Assembly: GCA_000388065.2 (NCBI GenBank)
Contig: KB932201.1
Strand: one strand, 5' to 3'
Length of the DNA stretch: 34,861 nt
Source of the DNA: Fonticula alba ATCC 38817
Taxonomy: Eukaryota > Protista > Nucleariida
Position numbers and translations under genes: made by a program. Of the stretch, positions 32,049-34,861 are shown in pieces; the stretch's first letter is position 1, and the number at the start of each line of letters is the position of its first letter. The notes beneath the pieces are model-generated. The model ran no database searches, was not told the DNA's origin, and saw only the letters and a program-made list of their open reading frames with translations.

Positions 32049-34861
32049 GGCGGGCGGGAGGNNNNNNNNNNNNNNNNNNNNNNNNNNNNNNNNNNNNNNN
32101 NNNNNNNNNNNNNNNNNNNNNNNNNNNNNNNNNNNNNNNNNNNNNNNNNNNNNNNNNNNNNNNNNNNNNNNNNNNNNNNNNNNNNNNNNNNNNNNNNNNN
32201 NNNNNNNNNNNNNNNNNNNNNNNNNNNNNNNNNNNNNNNNNNNNNNNNNNNNNNNNNNNNNNNNNNNNNNNNNNNNNNNNNNNNNNNNNNNNNNNNNNNN
32301 NNNNNNNNNNNNNNNNNNNNNNNNNNNNNNNNNNNNNNNNNNNNNNNNNNNNNNNNNNNNNNNNNNNNNNNNNNNNNNNNNNNNNNNNNNNNNNNNNNNN
32401 NNNNNNNNNNNNNNNNNNNNNNNNNNNNNNNNNNNNNNNNNNNNNNNNNNNNNNNNNNNNNNNNNNNNNNNNNNNNNNNNNNNNNNNNNNNNNNNNNNNN
32501 NNNNNNNNNNNNNNNNNNNNNNNNNNNNNNNNNNNNNNNNNNNNNNNNNNNNNNNNNNNNNNNNNNNNNNNNNNNNNNNNNNNNNNNNNNNNNNNNNNNN
32601 NNNNNNNNNNNNNNNNNNNNNNNNNNNNNNNNNNNNNNNNNNNNNNNNNNNNNNNNNNNNNNNNNNNNNNNNNNNNNNNNNNNNNNNNNNNNNNNNNNNN
32701 NNNNNNNNNNNNNNNNNNNNNNNNNNNNNNNNNNNNNNNNNNNNNNNNNNNNNNNNNNNNNNGGGGGGGGGAGACAGGCCAGGGAGGGGTAGGCGAGAGA
32801 AGAGCGCTGCCGCCGTCGGTCAGGCCGTCCCCTCCGGGGGCATGGCTCCTCTTGGTGCGACGCCCCGGTGATGCGACCGACTCCGGGATAGGGGCGCCTC
32901 TGGCGTCTGTGGGCTCGCGTTCCCCGGGCGCGCGAGTACAAAATCGTCAGATCGGGCGGGGGGGAATTCCAGCGCGCGTGCATCGGGTCCTCCTCGGGCA
33001 GAAGCTGGTCGCCCCAAGCGTCGGAGGCGGCGCGTTTCATGCCACCTCCGGCCCACCTGTGCGACCGGGCCGCCGGACAACCAACTGGGGCGCCCCACCT
33101 GGCGCGGAACTGAAACACCGAGGGAAATTGGCCAATTCACCAGGCGCAGGGGGGGGGAGCGGGGGCCGGCGTCGGATGAGGCCCCTGCGGCTGAGGGTAC
33201 ATCCTCCGTGGGGGCGGAATTGTCGGCCGGGGCATGCAGCCGGGCGAGAACATGCGCTCACCCCCGGGCTCTCCGGTGTGCTCCCTCATGTGCACATGGC
33301 CCGAAAGCGGGTGTGTGCGCGCGCGTATGCGCATGAGTACATGCCACCACAATGCACTCGGTCCCCACGGCAGCCCTACCCAGAGAGAGAGAGAGAGAGA
33401 GAATCATTTACAACCACGCAGCGCTGGCAGGGAACATCGGCGGGGGGAAGCCACCGGCCGGCGGCCGTGCGGCGCGCATAGCAACACCCAGGCCAGTGCG
33501 GGAGGGCATGCTCGCCGGATTTACCGCGAGGTAACATCACCAACGAGGGCAGGGGGAAAAAAAGGGGGTCCGCAAACGGTCTGCTTTCCCGGCGGCGCCT
33601 CTCGGAGGCAGGTATACCGGAGGGGCTGGCCCCGATCGCGCGCATCGCACCACTCGCCCACCCCCGTTGGACAGCGAAAGGGGCGAGCCGAGTTCGCGCG
33701 CCAGCCCACCGAGCCGACCCGCGGCTTGCCCTTTGGGGCTGACCGCGTCGATTGGCCACCGGAGGCGCGAGCCCTCCCCCCGGGGGGGGGGGGGGGGGGG
33801 GGGGNNNNNNNNNNNNNNNNNNNNNNNNNNNNNNNNNNNNNNNNNNNNNNNNNNNNNNNNNNNNNNNNNNNNNNNNNNNNNNNNNNNNNNNNNNNNNNNN
33901 NNNNNNNNNNNNNNNNNNNNNNNNNNNNNNNNNNNNNNNNNNNNNNNNNNNNNNNNNNNNNNNNNNNNNNNNNNNNNNNNNNNNNNNNNNNNNNNNNNNN
34001 NNNNNNNNNNNNNNNNNNNNNNNNNNNNNNNNNNNNNNNNNNNNNNNNNNNNNNNNNNNNNNNNNNNNNNNNNNNNNNNNNNNNNNNNNNNNNNNNNNNN
34101 NNNNNNNNNNNNNNNNNNNNNNNNNNNNNNNNNNNNNNNNNNNNNNNNNNNNNNNNNNNNNNNNNNNNNNNNNNNNNNNNNNNNNNNNNNNNNNNNNNNN
34201 NNNNNNNNNNNNNNNNNNNNNNNNNNNNNNNNNNNNNNNNNNNNNNNNNNNNNNNNNNNCTCTCTCTCTCTCTCTCTCTCTCGAGGCAGCACCTTCACGG
34301 CAACGCGTTCGCACGGAGGGCACCGCGCCCCGCCCCCCCATTGGCTCGCCGCTCGAGGCTTCCGGTCCCGGATCCAGCGGCATTTCCCAAGCTACCACCG
34401 GATGCCGGGCCAGAGCCCTTCCTTTGACCGGCGCTCGACGGGAACCCAGAGTGGCCCCCCCCCCCCCCCCTGCCTCGCCGGGGCGATATTGCTCGCGGAG
34501 GGGAGGCCGAGGGAGGTTGGTGTAGATCCGCCTGCCACTGCCAAGGCATGCGCCGGCCACCGGCCATCATAACACTCCCCACATCCTCCTCGGGCCCCGG
34601 CGGCCCAACCGATGGTGGGGGACATTGGCGATGTAGCTTCCGTGGTCCGCCCCGCCCCCCGACTCGGCGCCTCAAAGAGGGGCGAAAAAATAAAGAAAAA
34701 AGACCAGGACGCCAGGCGGAAAATGTCCGGAGAATGCCCTCGGGCGTTGTCATGTGCCTCTGGAAAGATGTCCCGTGAGGCAGGTGTGACCAGACACCCG
34801 CGGGGCGCCCTTTGTCCGGACCCCTCCTTTGCATTTGGCTGCGCCGGCGCCGGCTGGCCCC

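Noticed and set aside
32762-34861. ORFs in the last 2 kb, including a possible first exon at about 34723 (MSGECPRALSCASGKMSREA)
   Set aside because: They span N-gaps or are too short to support. The region looks like GC-rich promoter DNA and any gene would continue beyond the window.

Overview
Intron-rich, very GC-rich eukaryotic genomic DNA from a draft assembly with six N-gaps. Introns are short GT-AG type with GTRCGY-like donors and are full of poly-C, (CT)n and (GT)n tracts. The style suggests a unicellular opisthokont such as Fonticula, but that is inference only. Nine spliced protein-coding genes can be rebuilt by hand: RLP24 (+), DIM1/TXNL4A (-), a Ubp8/USP22-like deubiquitinase (+), a divergent Rab11-like GTPase (-), an alpha/beta-hydrolase fused to a PtpB-type (Y_phosphatase3) phosphatase (-), MMS2/UEV1 (+), EFL1/RIA1 (-), an Sfh5/patellin-like CRAL-TRIO+GOLD protein with long acidic repeat arms (+), and an LRR/coiled-coil/SAM-like protein (-). 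I found no CRISPR array, transposase, rRNA or tRNA. Most ORFs in the supplied track are artefacts of high GC, unspliced introns or antisense codon bias. The best leads are the hydrolase-phosphatase fusion, the Sec14 protein with an Sfh5-type HxY haem motif plus GOLD, the LRR-SAM architecture, the Ser at the third catalytic position of the USP, and a possible hidden spliced + strand transcript at about 11.5-12.2 kb. Family assignments rest on motifs recalled from memory; no database search was run.
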